Source: Nitrospirae bacterium UBA2233 (GTDB lineage Bacteria; UBA2233). From it: a DNA stretch of 64,000 nucleotides. This document shows positions 32,514-42,742 of this stretch, in pieces (position 1 is the first letter of the stretch; each line of letters opens with the position of its first letter). The notes under the pieces were generated by a model that was not told where the DNA came from, did not search any database, and saw only the letters and a list, made by a program, of their open reading frames with translations. A program made the position numbers and the translations under genes. The DNA lies in NCBI GenBank assembly GCA_002347965.1, contig DDYN01000039.1:1797-65796 (forward strand), written 5' to 3'.

Positions 32514-33131
32514 TTATTCGTCGTGGCGTTCCTGCATTAACCCGCCAGCTCGCTTCTTCGAGATCACCTGGTCGATGATCCCGTACTCTACCCCTTCTTC
32601 GGCGTTCATAAAATAGTCCCTGTCGGTATCCTTTTCCACCTTGTCGATCGGCTGCCCAGTATGGCCGGAGATGATCAGGGTGAGTTCTGCCTTGAGCCTT
32701 AAAATTTCACGCGCTTGAATTTCGATGTCCGCGGCCTGCCCTTGGAACCCCCCTGACGGCTGGTGGATTAGGATGCGGGAGTGCGGGAGTGCGAAGCGTT
32801 TTCCTTTGGCGCCGGCAGCCAAAAGCACTGCACCCATGCTTGCAGCCATTCCAAGGCACAGCGTAGCCACGTCGGGCTTGATGAACTGCATCGTGTCGTA
32901 AATGGCAAGCCCGGCAGTAACCAGACCCCCCGGAGAGTTCACGTAGAGGTAGATGTCTTTTTCAGGGTCTTCAGACTCAAGATACAAGAGCTGGGCGATA
33001 ATCAGGTTTGCAATATCAGAGTTAATAGGGCTTCCCAAAAAAACGACGCGCTCTTTTAAAAGCCTGGAGTAAATATCGTACGCCCGCTCTCCGCGAAGTG
33101 TTTGTTCGATAACCATAGGAACCAGCGGCAT
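32514..33131 (-). CDS. clpP: Clp protease proteolytic subunit
   Basis: [18 protein letters not shown] (Ser), IHQP (His) and DRD motifs. Confidence 0.98.
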   Translation of the reverse strand: MPLVPMVIEQTLRGERAYDIYSRLLKERVVFLGSPINSDIANLIIAQLLYLESEDPEKDIYLYVNSPGGLVTAGLAIYDTMQFIKPDVATLCLGMAASMGAVLLAAGAKGKRFALPHSRILIHQPSGGFQGQAADIEIQAREILRLKAELTLIISGHTGQPIDKVEKDTDRDYFMNAEEGVEYGIIDQVISKKRAGGLMQERHDE

Positions 33132-33174
33132 AAAGAACTCCCATGTTTAGTGATGAACCGTCGAGAGGATGGGG

Positions 33175-34422
33175 CTAAGCCGCATCTCCTCTTCTAAGTG
33201 TAACATTGGCAAGGAGATAATCATACAGCTTCTCGTCGAGCAATACACGACGAGCCTCGTCATGCAAACCGGGAGGAAGCGCAACCCCTTTGTCTGAGAA
33301 ACGCCTCCTTAGAAAGGCTTCTACCTCCGCATCTGCCACCTCGATCCCCGCCTGCCGGGTCAACGCTTCTGAAAGGTAATACCATTTAAGCTGTCGCGCC
33401 ACCAGCGCATGAACCTTGTCCTTGTTTGTATCCTTGTGATCGCCGCTTCTGTCAAGCGCCGCGACGTGCCGCTGAATGGCCTCTTCGAGCACTCCCTCCG
33501 GCAAACCTACATCATGGCCTTCCATAATGGCGTTGGCAACTTTTTCCTTCATAAGCTCCCTGGCACGAAGCTCTTTTTCTCTTTGAATGTCATCCCTTAT
33601 CCGGCCCTTAAGCTCATCGAGCGTGGAAAGCCCAAGATCTTTCGCAAACTCGTCATCGAGGACCGGAAGCCGCTTCCTTTGGGCGTGAACGAGCCTTGCC
33701 CGAAAGGTTCCGCGTTTTCCGCGAACAATCTCGGGAATGCCGGGCAAATAAGGAAAATCTCCTGCATACACAAAATCCCCCTCGCCATCCCATGGACTCT
33801 CTGGCTGGAGAGGGGCATGTCTAGGGTCAAGTATGAGGCGAAACTCTGAATCTACGATCCCCTCAAGCTCAACCTCGTGAGCCTCGCCGCCCTCTGCATG
33901 AAAGACCCCCTTAAGCCTGGCAAGATCCTCTGGCAACAGGGTATCCCCGGAGGAAAGCGACGCGTATGGCGCGTTCACTTTTTGAAGGTAGGCCAGCATG
34001 GAGAGTACTTCATCGTCTGCGACCGACACGTTCGAATCATCAACGACCTGGAATGTTTCCAGGGGCTTCAAAGAGATTTTTGGCTTAAGTTCGACCTCTA
34101 GGTGAAAACGGCACAGCTCTCCAGGGGTAAAAGCCAGGTCTTTGACAAGCTTAGGATGGGTCGCGAGGTCAAGGCCGTATTTCTCGATGGCCTCTTCAAG
34201 CCCTTGATTGAGAAGCCGTTCGCGTACGTTGGCCTCCACGTCTTTCCGAAAATACCTCTCCAAGACAGGCCGTGGGATGTGACCCTTGCGAAATCCTGGG
34301 AGACGCACGCGGTGCCTTAGTTCCTCGTATGCCCTTTTCAGGGCATCAACGCTTTCCTCCGGAGAAACTTCGGCCTCAATGACTCGCTTTAAACCAGGAA
34401 ATTCTACGAGCTCAACCCTCAT
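33175..34422 (-). CDS. tig: Trigger factor
   Basis: PGFRKGH ribosome-binding loop and LPVLDDEFAK motif; upstream of clpP. Confidence 0.9.
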   Translation of the reverse strand: MRVELVEFPGLKRVIEAEVSPEESVDALKRAYEELRHRVRLPGFRKGHIPRPVLERYFRKDVEANVRERLLNQGLEEAIEKYGLDLATHPKLVKDLAFTPGELCRFHLEVELKPKISLKPLETFQVVDDSNVSVADDEVLSMLAYLQKVNAPYASLSSGDTLLPEDLARLKGVFHAEGGEAHEVELEGIVDSEFRLILDPRHAPLQPESPWDGEGDFVYAGDFPYLPGIPEIVRGKRGTFRARLVHAQRKRLPVLDDEFAKDLGLSTLDELKGRIRDDIQREKELRARELMKEKVANAIMEGHDVGLPEGVLEEAIQRHVAALDRSGDHKDTNKDKVHALVARQLKWYYLSEALTRQAGIEVADAEVEAFLRRRFSDKGVALPPGLHDEARRVLLDEKLYDYLLANVTLRRGDAA

Positions 34423-34502
34423 ACAGCCTCACGCTCCTTGCTCGATCAGATTCAGATATAGATACTAAACTAAATAGACGGAAGGCGTTTTTCTGACGCA
34501 AT

Positions 34503-34586
34503 TGGTGCGAGAGGGGGGACTTGAACCCCCACGGGTAGTCCCACTAGATCCTAAGTCTAGCGCGTCTGCCATTCCGCCACTCTCGC
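34503..34586 (-). tRNA. tRNA-Leu(TAG)
   Basis: GCGAGAG acceptor stem, anticodon arm CTAGA-CTTAGGA-TCTAG, long variable arm, encoded CCA. Confidence 0.96.
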
Positions 34587-34598
34587 AAAAGGTTGGAG

Positions 34599-34675
<77 letters not shown>

Positions 34676-34800
34676 ACTTCCAATTGCGGCGCTCACGAAC
34701 AGGGCGCACCCCTAAACAGCCATGCAGCGAGAAAAGGCCCACCGATTGGTGCCCTATGCATATCGTACCTTAAATCGTTTCGGAGTTCCAACGGGCCCCT

Positions 34801-35880
34801 TCAGGCAATACCTTCTGCGTTAACCACGCTAACCCTTCCGGCTAGCCGTAGGGCAAGCTCGTTAAAGACTGCTACAACCCCCTTCGCCTCCTCCAGGGGT
34901 TCGGTCGCCACAAGCGGCCGGCCAATGTCGGAAGCCTGCCCGAGCCTCTGGTCGAGCGGAATTTGGCCTAAGAAGGGAACCTGGAATTGCTCGGCAAGCC
35001 TCTGGCCCCCGCCGCCGGAGAAGATGTAAGAAATCTCGTGGCATTTAGGGCAAACAAACCCGCTCATGTTTTCGACAACGCCAAGAATAGGGACGTTCAC
35101 CTTCTGAAACATCGCTATTGCCTTTTTCGCATCCCCGATGGCCATCTTTTGGGGGGTAACCACGATGAGCGCCCCCATTAAAGGCGAAGACTGCGCAAGC
35201 GTCAACTGCACGTCTCCTGTTCCAGGGGGCAGGTCGACTACGAGGTAATCCAACTCCCCCCAAGCGACATCCTCTAAAAACTGCTTCATAAGGCCGTGTA
35301 GCATCGGCCCCCTCCAAACCAGTGGGGTATCCTCCGCCACAAGGAACCCAACAGACATAACGCTGATCCCGTAAGCCTCCAGAGGGTGGATCTTGCCATC
35401 CGGTGTCCCCTTGGGGCGCTCCCCTTCTAGCCCAAGGAGAATTGGGGCGTTCGGACCGTAAAAATCCGCGTCCAAAAGCCCTACTCGAGCACCTTGCCTG
35501 GCAAGGGCTATGGCTAAGTTTACGCTTACCGTAGACTTCCCTACCCCGCCCTTGCCTGAGCCCACGGCAAGAACGTTTTTCACGCCCGGTATCGCGGCCT
35601 TTCCGCCGTTAGGGTCGAGACGTGCAGCCTTAACCTCGGCCGTTAGGGAGACGTCTACCGCATGAACGCCCTCAATCGCCAAGAGGGCCTTTTCGACCTC
35701 CTCTTTAATGTGCTGTTTGAGGGGGCATGCGGGCGTTGTGAGGTTAATAGTCGCATGAACGTTCCCTTCGGCATCGACATTCAAATCCTTGACCATCCCC
35801 AAGGCAACAATATCCCTGTGTAACTCTGGGTCCTCCACGCTGCGCAACGCCTCAAGAAGGTGCTCACGTGCAACTGCCAT
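34801..35880 (-). CDS. mrp: Mrp/NBP35 (ApbC) Fe-S carrier ATPase with N-terminal DUF59
   Basis: VEDPEL...TTPACP (DUF59), GKGGVGKS, WRGPM, DLPPGTGD and ENMS..CPKC motifs. Confidence 0.95.
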   Translation of the reverse strand: MAVAREHLLEALRSVEDPELHRDIVALGMVKDLNVDAEGNVHATINLTTPACPLKQHIKEEVEKALLAIEGVHAVDVSLTAEVKAARLDPNGGKAAIPGVKNVLAVGSGKGGVGKSTVSVNLAIALARQGARVGLLDADFYGPNAPILLGLEGERPKGTPDGKIHPLEAYGISVMSVGFLVAEDTPLVWRGPMLHGLMKQFLEDVAWGELDYLVVDLPPGTGDVQLTLAQSSPLMGALIVVTPQKMAIGDAKKAIAMFQKVNVPILGVVENMSGFVCPKCHEISYIFSGGGGQRLAEQFQVPFLGQIPLDQRLGQASDIGRPLVATEPLEEAKGVVAVFNELALRLAGRVSVVNAEGIA

Positions 35881-35897
35881 ACGTATCCTTTCTTAAC

Positions 35898-36440
35898 TTA
35901 GATGACAACGGCGCTAAACGGTTCGGAGCGTTTTATCAACGTATCGATCCCATCAACAAACCCTTCTCTCGTGTAGCGCGGGTTCGGATGCAGCCCTGTA
36001 TCCATCCGGATAGCGTCCACGGGGCAGGCTTCGACACAGTCCCCGCAATAAATACAAAGGATTGTATCGATGTCATAACGGATAGGATGTTTCTCGACGT
36101 TCGAGTCGGGATGTTCTCCTGCCTCGATCGTAATACAGCGCGAAGGGCATGCCGTAGCGCAGAGCATGCAAGCGGTACACCGAACAGAACCATCCGGCTT
36201 GAGCGTAAGCCTGTGAGAACCCCTGAAACGCTCAGGATAAGCCCGTTTCTGCTCTGGATACTGCAACGTTACCGCCGCAGGAATTCTTTTCGCTATTCCA
36301 AAGAGATGCAAGGTATGCAAAAACATGTTTTTAAAGAAATGCCTTGAGGTGACATACAACCCCTTTAGGATTTCTACTACGTATACGCGTTCCATAAGCG
36401 TTAACTTGGGCCTGTTCACGGGCATTCCTTTTACTAGCAT
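35898..36440 (-). CDS. nuoI: NADH-quinone oxidoreductase subunit I-like 2x[4Fe-4S] protein
   Basis: VTLQYPEQK...RFRGSH, CTACMLCATACP and CIYCGDCVEACPVDAI motifs; start at 36440 or 36425. Confidence 0.88.
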   Translation of the reverse strand: MLVKGMPVNRPKLTLMERVYVVEILKGLYVTSRHFFKNMFLHTLHLFGIAKRIPAAVTLQYPEQKRAYPERFRGSHRLTLKPDGSVRCTACMLCATACPSRCITIEAGEHPDSNVEKHPIRYDIDTILCIYCGDCVEACPVDAIRMDTGLHPNPRYTREGFVDGIDTLIKRSEPFSAVVI

Positions 36441-36468
36441 ACAAAACCTCCTAGACCTACAAACATAA

Positions 36469-37032
36469 CTAGCCGTCTCTAGTATAACACAGATCTCCGT
36501 GACTGCTCGAAAATTCCCTGTCGCTTCGAGACCGAAGCATGTAATCAATCATCGAACCATAACCGGCGGCAAGACCCCCAAAAAGGCATACAAGTCCAGT
36601 CGCCGCTAGGCTCCCCGGGCTCTGGAGGAGAATCAGGAAAAGCCCAAGGCTTTGAAGTAGCATCTTGAGCTTTCCGAGCCTTGAGGCGGACATTCGCACC
36701 TTAGAGCGGATGCCCGTCACCCAAAGTTCTCGTACGACGAACAGCGCGGTGGTCCATCCTGGCACAAGGGTTCTTTCTGTGAGCATGACCAAAACAGAAA
36801 GGATCAGCACCTTATCGGCCAGCGGATCCATCAGTTTCCCCCACACGCTTACAGATTGCCAGCGCCTTGCCAGCACGCCGTCTAGAAAATCCGTGAGACA
36901 GCCGACGGCGAACAACCCGGCCAAGAGGTTTGGTGCGATCTCGTCGGGCCAAGAGAGCAAAAAAACGAGTAACGCCGAGATGAGGACTCGCGACACCGTT
37001 AGGGCGTTAGGGAAAAAACGTAGTACATACAA
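36469..37032 (-). CDS. pgsA: CDP-alcohol phosphatidyltransferase (PgsA-like)
   Basis: PNALTVSR and TDFLDGVLAR...GKLMDPLADK motifs. Confidence 0.9.
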   Translation of the reverse strand: MYVLRFFPNALTVSRVLISALLVFLLSWPDEIAPNLLAGLFAVGCLTDFLDGVLARRWQSVSVWGKLMDPLADKVLILSVLVMLTERTLVPGWTTALFVVRELWVTGIRSKVRMSASRLGKLKMLLQSLGLFLILLQSPGSLAATGLVCLFGGLAAGYGSMIDYMLRSRSDREFSSSHGDLCYTRDG

Positions 37033-37051
37033 CTAAAAAAACCCGCCCGTA

Positions 37052-37819
37052 TTATTTGGACGCCACAGTGGGACCTACCCTATCGGTGTACTCCCGGAGG
37101 AAAGACCCTACCCGTTGTAGATACACGCGGGTCTCCTGAATGTCTGGAATTCCTTCAAGCCACACCCTGTTAGGTCCGGCGTTATAAGCCGCGAGCGCCC
37201 TTTGCACGTCTCCTTCGAACACATCCAAAAGCCACTTTAAATAGCGGCTTCCGGCGTGGATGTTTTCATTGGGGTCAAAAACATCTTGAACGCCTAGCTC
37301 TTGGGCTGTTGCGGGCATGAGCTGCATCATTCCACAGGCCCCCTTTGGCGATACAGCCAAGGGGTTGAAGTTGGATTCCGCCTTGATGACGGACTTAAGA
37401 AGGCTGAAATTGACTCCGTAAGCCCTCGAAGCTTGGGCGATGATTGAATCGTAGCGATCCTCCCGTGCAACCTTGCCGTATCGGGCCTCGTACGGAAACT
37501 CTACGCTTACGGGCTTGGTAGAAGCGAAAGCTGTGCGCAAGAGTTGTTTCTTAGAAAAAACAATGGAGCTTTCACTGTATCCATTCGGGAGTCGCTTTCG
37601 AACGCTTGCGTAGGCTAAACCTCCCTTTATGTAAATCCTGGCAGATTTCCTGTAAGTCGGAGGTATCCTGGAAAGAGTGGCGTAATGAAAGGTGCCGTCT
37701 GCGCCCTGAAATACATAGATATCCTCCCCGCGCGCGCCTCCCGTAGGAACAACGCATAGCACAAGAAAGGCAGCAAGGAACACACCCTGTCGGATTCGCC
37801 TAAAGCCCGCTTTTCCCAT
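37052..37819 (-). CDS. Lytic transglycosylase (SLT domain), exported
   Basis: Signal or anchor peptide; AES (catalytic Glu), GMMQLMP and AYNAG motifs. Confidence 0.92.
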   Translation of the reverse strand: MGKAGFRRIRQGVFLAAFLVLCVVPTGGARGEDIYVFQGADGTFHYATLSRIPPTYRKSARIYIKGGLAYASVRKRLPNGYSESSIVFSKKQLLRTAFASTKPVSVEFPYEARYGKVAREDRYDSIIAQASRAYGVNFSLLKSVIKAESNFNPLAVSPKGACGMMQLMPATAQELGVQDVFDPNENIHAGSRYLKWLLDVFEGDVQRALAAYNAGPNRVWLEGIPDIQETRVYLQRVGSFLREYTDRVGPTVASK

Positions 37820-37839
37820 CGTCAGACCTTTCGTTTCCG

Positions 37840-38403
37840 CTAACCCGATTGAACCTCCTCGATTGTCATTAAAGAATAGAGGGGGATGCCGCGTTTTTCA
37901 AGAGCCTCCCTTCCCCCTTCCGAGCGATCGATCACGCAAAAGGTTGCAAGGACGCGCAGCTGGCTTTCTAACGCCTCATCAACTGCGGCAAGCAAAGAGC
38001 CGCCTGTTGTCACGACATCCTCGATAACGACGACGTGCCCTTCCTTTGGAAGGTTTTCAAGGCCCTCGATTTTCCTCAGTCTTCCATGTTCCCTCGGGCC
38101 GCTTCGAACAAGGAACCCGGCAAGCGGACTCCCGGAGCTGTACGACGAGTAAACCAAGGCCCCAACGATGGGGTCTGCCCCAATCACGGGCCCTCCTATG
38201 CCATCCGGGTAGGGCCTTAGGGTATGGAGAATCGAACGAAATAGGCTGGTTATCAAAAATAACCCCTCCGGATGAAGGCTGAGTTTTTTGACGTCCAGGT
38301 AAAAGGAGCTTTTCTTTCCGGAGCTAAGCGTGAATTCGCCCGTGTAGTAGGCGATATCCCGGACGATCTCGATGAGGCGCCGCTTAAGCTGGCCAAACTC
38401 CAT
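37840..38403 (-). CDS. pyrE: Orotate phosphoribosyltransferase
   Basis: FTLSSGKKS.FYLD and VIEDVVTTGGS motifs; the start may be a GTG a few codons upstream. Confidence 0.93.
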   Translation of the reverse strand: MEFGQLKRRLIEIVRDIAYYTGEFTLSSGKKSSFYLDVKKLSLHPEGLFLITSLFRSILHTLRPYPDGIGGPVIGADPIVGALVYSSYSSGSPLAGFLVRSGPREHGRLRKIEGLENLPKEGHVVVIEDVVTTGGSLLAAVDEALESQLRVLATFCVIDRSEGGREALEKRGIPLYSLMTIEEVQSG

Positions 38404-38422
38404 CCCGTTCACCACCCCCTCC

Positions 38423-39793
38423 TCACCGAGTTGCAATTGGATAAGACCCCGTAAAACAACCAAGGCAAACCTTGGATTTTTCCATTCCCGCCGCGCCAAG
38501 CATTCCTTGCACGCTTAAGTACCGGAGCGAATCGGCCCCTACAAATCTGGAAATTTCTTGGGTTTCTAGCCTAGAGGCCAGGAGCTCCTCTTGAGAGGGG
38601 GTGTCAATGCCGAAATAGCAGGAGGATACGATCGGCGGCGAGCTGATCCGAACATGCACTTCTTTTGCCCCGCAACCCCTCAATAGGCCAACGATCTTCT
38701 TGAGCGTTGTTCCGCGGACTAGCGAATCGTCTACCAGCACCAAGCGTTTCCCCTCGATCAGGTGCCTTACAGGGTTAAGCTTAATTTTTACCCCAAAAGA
38801 TCGTATGCTTTGCCTCGGTTCGATGAACGTCCGTCCCACGTAATGGTTGCGGATAAGGCCCATCTCAAAAGGAATGCCGCTTGCTTGATGGTAGCCGATC
38901 GCCGCGGGAACGCCGGAATCGGGAACGGGAATGACCATGTCTGCTTCAATCGGGTCTTCCTTAAATAGGCCTTCGCCAAAGGCCTTCCTTGTCTCGTAGA
39001 CGTTTCTGTGAAACACCGTACTGTCCGGCCTAGAGAAATAGACAAGTTCGAAAATACAAGCCGCCTGGCGAGGGGCTTGCGCAACCTGCGTTCGAACAAG
39101 CCCGGCCTCGGAAACCTCTAGAAGTTCCCCCGGGTTTAGCTCGCCCAAGTATTCCGCCTCGATCAGGTCTAGTGCGCACGACTCGGAGGCTACCACGACG
39201 GCATCTTTGACTTTCCCGAAGCAAAGAGGGCGAAAGCCAAGCGGGTCGCGAAAAGCCAAAAGACGGTCTGGAGTCAAAAGCACGACAGAGTAGGCTCCAC
39301 GGACTTCCGTCATCACCCTGGCGATGGCCTCTTTCGCCCCCAACCCCTTATACAGCCCGTAGAAGTGTCCGAAGACCTCTGAATCTACGGAGTTAGACAA
39401 GTGCGCGCCTTTTCTGGCTAGCAATTCGGCCAATTCCGGGTAATTGACCAGATTACCGTTATGGGCTACTGCAATGCTGTAGCCCTCGTGGTCTACCAAA
39501 AGAGGCTGAAGGTTCTCCGCCTCCTTCGAGCCGGACGTGCTGTAGCGCGTGTGCCCGATCGCGCAGGTCCCGGGCAACTTCTCTAAAACATCCTTAGTAA
39601 ATATATCCGCGACGAGGCCTTTACGCTTGTAAAGGCCGAACCTGTCCTCTTGAGGCCGAAGAGAGGCGATCCCAGCGCCCTCTTGTCCCCTGTGTTGGAG
39701 GGCGTAGAGCCCCAAGTATGCAATATTGCTAGCCTCCGGGTGTCCCCACACGCCCACCACGGCGCACTTCTCTCGCAATCGTCCGTCTGTCAC
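38423..39793 (-). CDS. purF: Amidophosphoribosyltransferase
   Basis: Short propeptide then EKC; LQHRGQEGAG, GHTRYST, HNGN and VDDSLVRGTT motifs; 4Fe-4S cysteines. Confidence 0.97.
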   Translation of the reverse strand: MTDGRLREKCAVVGVWGHPEASNIAYLGLYALQHRGQEGAGIASLRPQEDRFGLYKRKGLVADIFTKDVLEKLPGTCAIGHTRYSTSGSKEAENLQPLLVDHEGYSIAVAHNGNLVNYPELAELLARKGAHLSNSVDSEVFGHFYGLYKGLGAKEAIARVMTEVRGAYSVVLLTPDRLLAFRDPLGFRPLCFGKVKDAVVVASESCALDLIEAEYLGELNPGELLEVSEAGLVRTQVAQAPRQAACIFELVYFSRPDSTVFHRNVYETRKAFGEGLFKEDPIEADMVIPVPDSGVPAAIGYHQASGIPFEMGLIRNHYVGRTFIEPRQSIRSFGVKIKLNPVRHLIEGKRLVLVDDSLVRGTTLKKIVGLLRGCGAKEVHVRISSPPIVSSCYFGIDTPSQEELLASRLETQEISRFVGADSLRYLSVQGMLGAAGMEKSKVCLGCFTGSYPIATR

Positions 39794-39808
39794 TCTATTT
39801 TACTCCAA

Positions 39809-42016
39809 TTACTCCAAGAAGGCTCTAAGGCTCGAAGTATATTTTAAAAAAAGGTCCTCCATGCTCGCCGCGGTGTTTTGGCCGAGCCAAACCTCCGGTT
39901 CCCTGATCACCTTGCCCAGGTAGGAAGGCTTAAGACCGAGCAGGCTGGCCTGCTTTAAGAGTCTAGGCTCTTCGGAAGGCCTGACAACCGCGACAAACCG
40001 GGCGCATCCTTCTCCAAAGCAGCTTACAGGGTCTGAGCAGAACTCAGGATCAAGCTGAATTCCATACATGTCCAGCGGAGCAACCGGCCGATCTGGACGT
40101 TTCGCTTGCTCGAGCAAGCGCTTGACGATAGAGGGAAGCGTTCCACCTCCCCCTGGCGTGATGAGTCGGACCGAATCCGTCCTGAGCGCCGTTGCGAGCG
40201 CGAGAAGGTCCCTGTGGCGCTCGAAATCTGCGGAAATAAGGCCCTCGTCAGCCCATTCTGTAGGCATGAGACGATTCAGCTGAGAACCTTTAAGTACGGG
40301 TCTGCCGTATTCGACGACCCAAACCCTGTCGTCCGGCAGGATGGGTTCTTGATCCACCTCTTCAAGCGGGATTTGCACCTCTCCAACCATGCCAACCACG
40401 GCCGTCGGGAGAATGCTTGTATCCTCGGTTGTGTTATAGAGGCTTACGTTGCCGCTTACGACTGCAATGCCTAGCGCCTCGCAAGCCTCCGCCAGGCCTT
40501 CGATCGTCTCTTTTAGGGCATGCATTATTTTTGGGTCTTCTGGGGTTCCAAAGTTCAAACAGTTGGTCATCCCTACGGCCGTGGCTCCAGAACTGGCCAA
40601 CGCAAGGGAAAGCCATGCGATCAGCTGATGCGCTGCCCCTCTCGGGTCGGACACGGCAAGGAAGGGCCTTGAGCCCGTCACGACGGCAATGGCCGTATCC
40701 TTTGTCGTCGGGTAAACCCGCAGGATGGAGGGGCCAAGCGAAGGGGGAACAAGCGTGCGGATACCAACCTCGTGATCGTACTGCCTGTATATGTCCTCCT
40801 TGGAGCCCACGCTGGGGTGCCCAATCAAGCGTCCAAGGGTTGCTCCGAGCCGCTCGGCGGAAAACGACCCTACGGAGCCGGTCGCTCTCCCTTGCTCCGT
40901 CAAGGGTGGCGCCATGGGGCGGTTTAAGCGAGGGGCGGCCTTTAAGACGCGCAGGTGTGGGAATCGAATCAAGGATTCACCCCTATAGAAGACCTCTATC
41001 TCTTCGCCCTGGACGAGCTCGCCGATCACGGCGGCATCGAGTTCGTACCCCTGGAGAACCTTCAGGACCTCTTCGGCGTTTTCGGGCAAGACAACGTAAA
41101 CCATCCGCTCTTGAGATTCTGAAAGGAGGATCTCCCATGGCTTAAGCCCCTTCATGCGCAAGGGGATGGCGTCTAGGTTGAGCCGAACCCCGATGTTGCC
41201 CTTGTAGGCCATCTCAAAGACGGACGAAACCAACCCAGATGCCCCAAAATCCTGACAGGACAAGGCAAGCCCCCGCCTCGCCAGCGAGAGTGTCGCCTCG
41301 ATCAGGAGTTTCCCCTTGAATGGGTCGCCAACCTGCACCTGCGGGCGTAGTTGCTCCACCCCGACGGAGAACGATTTGGACGCCATCCTGGATCCGTAAA
41401 TTCCATCCGGGCCGGTTTTTTGGCCGGCATACACAATAAGGTTGCCTACCCCTCTAGCCTTTGCGCTCAGCATAGCCTGGCCCGGTTCGAGCACCCCTAC
41501 GGCCATCACGTTGACCAGGCAGTTTGTGTTATAGCCCGCGTCGGAAACAAACATGCCCCCGACCGTAGGGACGCCGACACAATTGCCGTACCAAGCGATG
41601 CCGTCGATGACGCGGGAAGCGAGGTAAGGGGTTCGCCCAAAATCCGGCTCACCAAAAAACAGCGCGTCCAAGAGCGCGATAGGCCTGGCCCCCATGGCGA
41701 AGATGTCCCGGAGTATGCCGCCTACACCCGTGGCCGCCCCCTGAAAGGGCTCGATGAAAGACGGATGGTTGTGGCTCTCCATTTTGAAGACCACGACGGT
41801 TCCATCCTTAAGACGTACTCCTCCCGCGTTTTCATCTATACCCCCAAGGCGGGTTCCGAGCGCATGAAACCGTTCGATCAGGAGCTTTGAGCTCTTGTAG
41901 CTGCAATGCTCGTTCCAAAGCCCCTGGGTGATCGCCTCCTCAAGCACGGTGGGCTCTCTGCAAAGCACGGAGGCAAGCAAGGCCCGTTCTTCCTCCTCGA
42001 GAATCGCTTCGTCCAC
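39809..42016 (-). CDS. purL: FGAM synthase large subunit (small-type PurL)
   Basis: EHCSYKSS, KMESHNHPS, GAATGVGG, SESQERM, NCLNFG and SGNVSLYN motifs. Confidence 0.95.
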   Translation of the reverse strand: MDEAILEEEERALLASVLCREPTVLEEAITQGLWNEHCSYKSSKLLIERFHALGTRLGGIDENAGGVRLKDGTVVVFKMESHNHPSFIEPFQGAATGVGGILRDIFAMGARPIALLDALFFGEPDFGRTPYLASRVIDGIAWYGNCVGVPTVGGMFVSDAGYNTNCLVNVMAVGVLEPGQAMLSAKARGVGNLIVYAGQKTGPDGIYGSRMASKSFSVGVEQLRPQVQVGDPFKGKLLIEATLSLARRGLALSCQDFGASGLVSSVFEMAYKGNIGVRLNLDAIPLRMKGLKPWEILLSESQERMVYVVLPENAEEVLKVLQGYELDAAVIGELVQGEEIEVFYRGESLIRFPHLRVLKAAPRLNRPMAPPLTEQGRATGSVGSFSAERLGATLGRLIGHPSVGSKEDIYRQYDHEVGIRTLVPPSLGPSILRVYPTTKDTAIAVVTGSRPFLAVSDPRGAAHQLIAWLSLALASSGATAVGMTNCLNFGTPEDPKIMHALKETIEGLAEACEALGIAVVSGNVSLYNTTEDTSILPTAVVGMVGEVQIPLEEVDQEPILPDDRVWVVEYGRPVLKGSQLNRLMPTEWADEGLISADFERHRDLLALATALRTDSVRLITPGGGGTLPSIVKRLLEQAKRPDRPVAPLDMYGIQLDPEFCSDPVSCFGEGCARFVAVVRPSEEPRLLKQASLLGLKPSYLGKVIREPEVWLGQNTAASMEDLFLKYTSSLRAFLE

Positions 42017-42043
42017 GGGTATAAACTCCTTCGTGCTCTGAGA

Positions 42044-42742
42044 CTAAGAGGCTTGGCTTATCCAAGAAAGGACGCCTCGAAACAGCACAAGACCATCCTC
42101 GCTTCCCAACAAACGCTCTGCCGCTCTTTCAGGATGAGGCATGAGCCCAACCACGTTCCCCTCCTCGTTTGAAACACCGGCAATTGCCTCGATCGAGCCG
42201 TTCGGGTTGAAGGCATCGTCTTGAGTGCCGTCCGAGCTCACGTACCTAAATAGAATTCGACCGGAGTCGTTCAGGCCCTTTAGGGCCTCTTTTGTGGCAT
42301 AGTAGCTCCCAGAATGGTGCGCGATTGGGAGACTCAAGACCTGCCCCTTACGGGCCGATGCCGTGAGGAAGGACTTTGTCGAATCAACCCTGACGCAGGT
42401 CGGTTTGCACACAAACCGAATCTGACGGTTCTGCATGAGCGCACCCTCAAGCATCCCCGCCTCTAGCAGGATTTGGAATCCGTTGCATATGCCGAGCACC
42501 AGACCCCCCTTCGAGGCAAAATTCTTGATGGCTGCCATGATGGGAGAGTAGCTTGCCAAAGCCCCGGGCCTTAGGTAGTCGCCGTAAGAAAACCCTCCAG
42601 GCAAAACGACCAGGTCTAGCCCCACGAGGCTTGTTTCTGCATGCCAGAGTATTCGCGTAGACCATCCAAGTACATCCTGCACGACGTGCACCACGTCAAG
42701 GTCGCAGTTTGACCCGGGGAATACGACAACGCCAACCCTCAT
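42044..42742 (-). CDS. purQ: FGAM synthase glutaminase subunit
   Basis: FPGSNCD, GGFSYGDYLR, GICNGFQ and MPHPER motifs. Confidence 0.97.
   Translation of the reverse strand: MRVGVVVFPGSNCDLDVVHVVQDVLGWSTRILWHAETSLVGLDLVVLPGGFSYGDYLRPGALASYSPIMAAIKNFASKGGLVLGICNGFQILLEAGMLEGALMQNRQIRFVCKPTCVRVDSTKSFLTASARKGQVLSLPIAHHSGSYYATKEALKGLNDSGRILFRYVSSDGTQDDAFNPNGSIEAIAGVSNEEGNVVGLMPHPERAAERLLGSEDGLVLFRGVLSWISQAS

Noticed and set aside
40417..41145. 242-aa Arg-rich plus-strand ORF
   Set aside because: Antisense to purL, with composition typical of a spurious frame.
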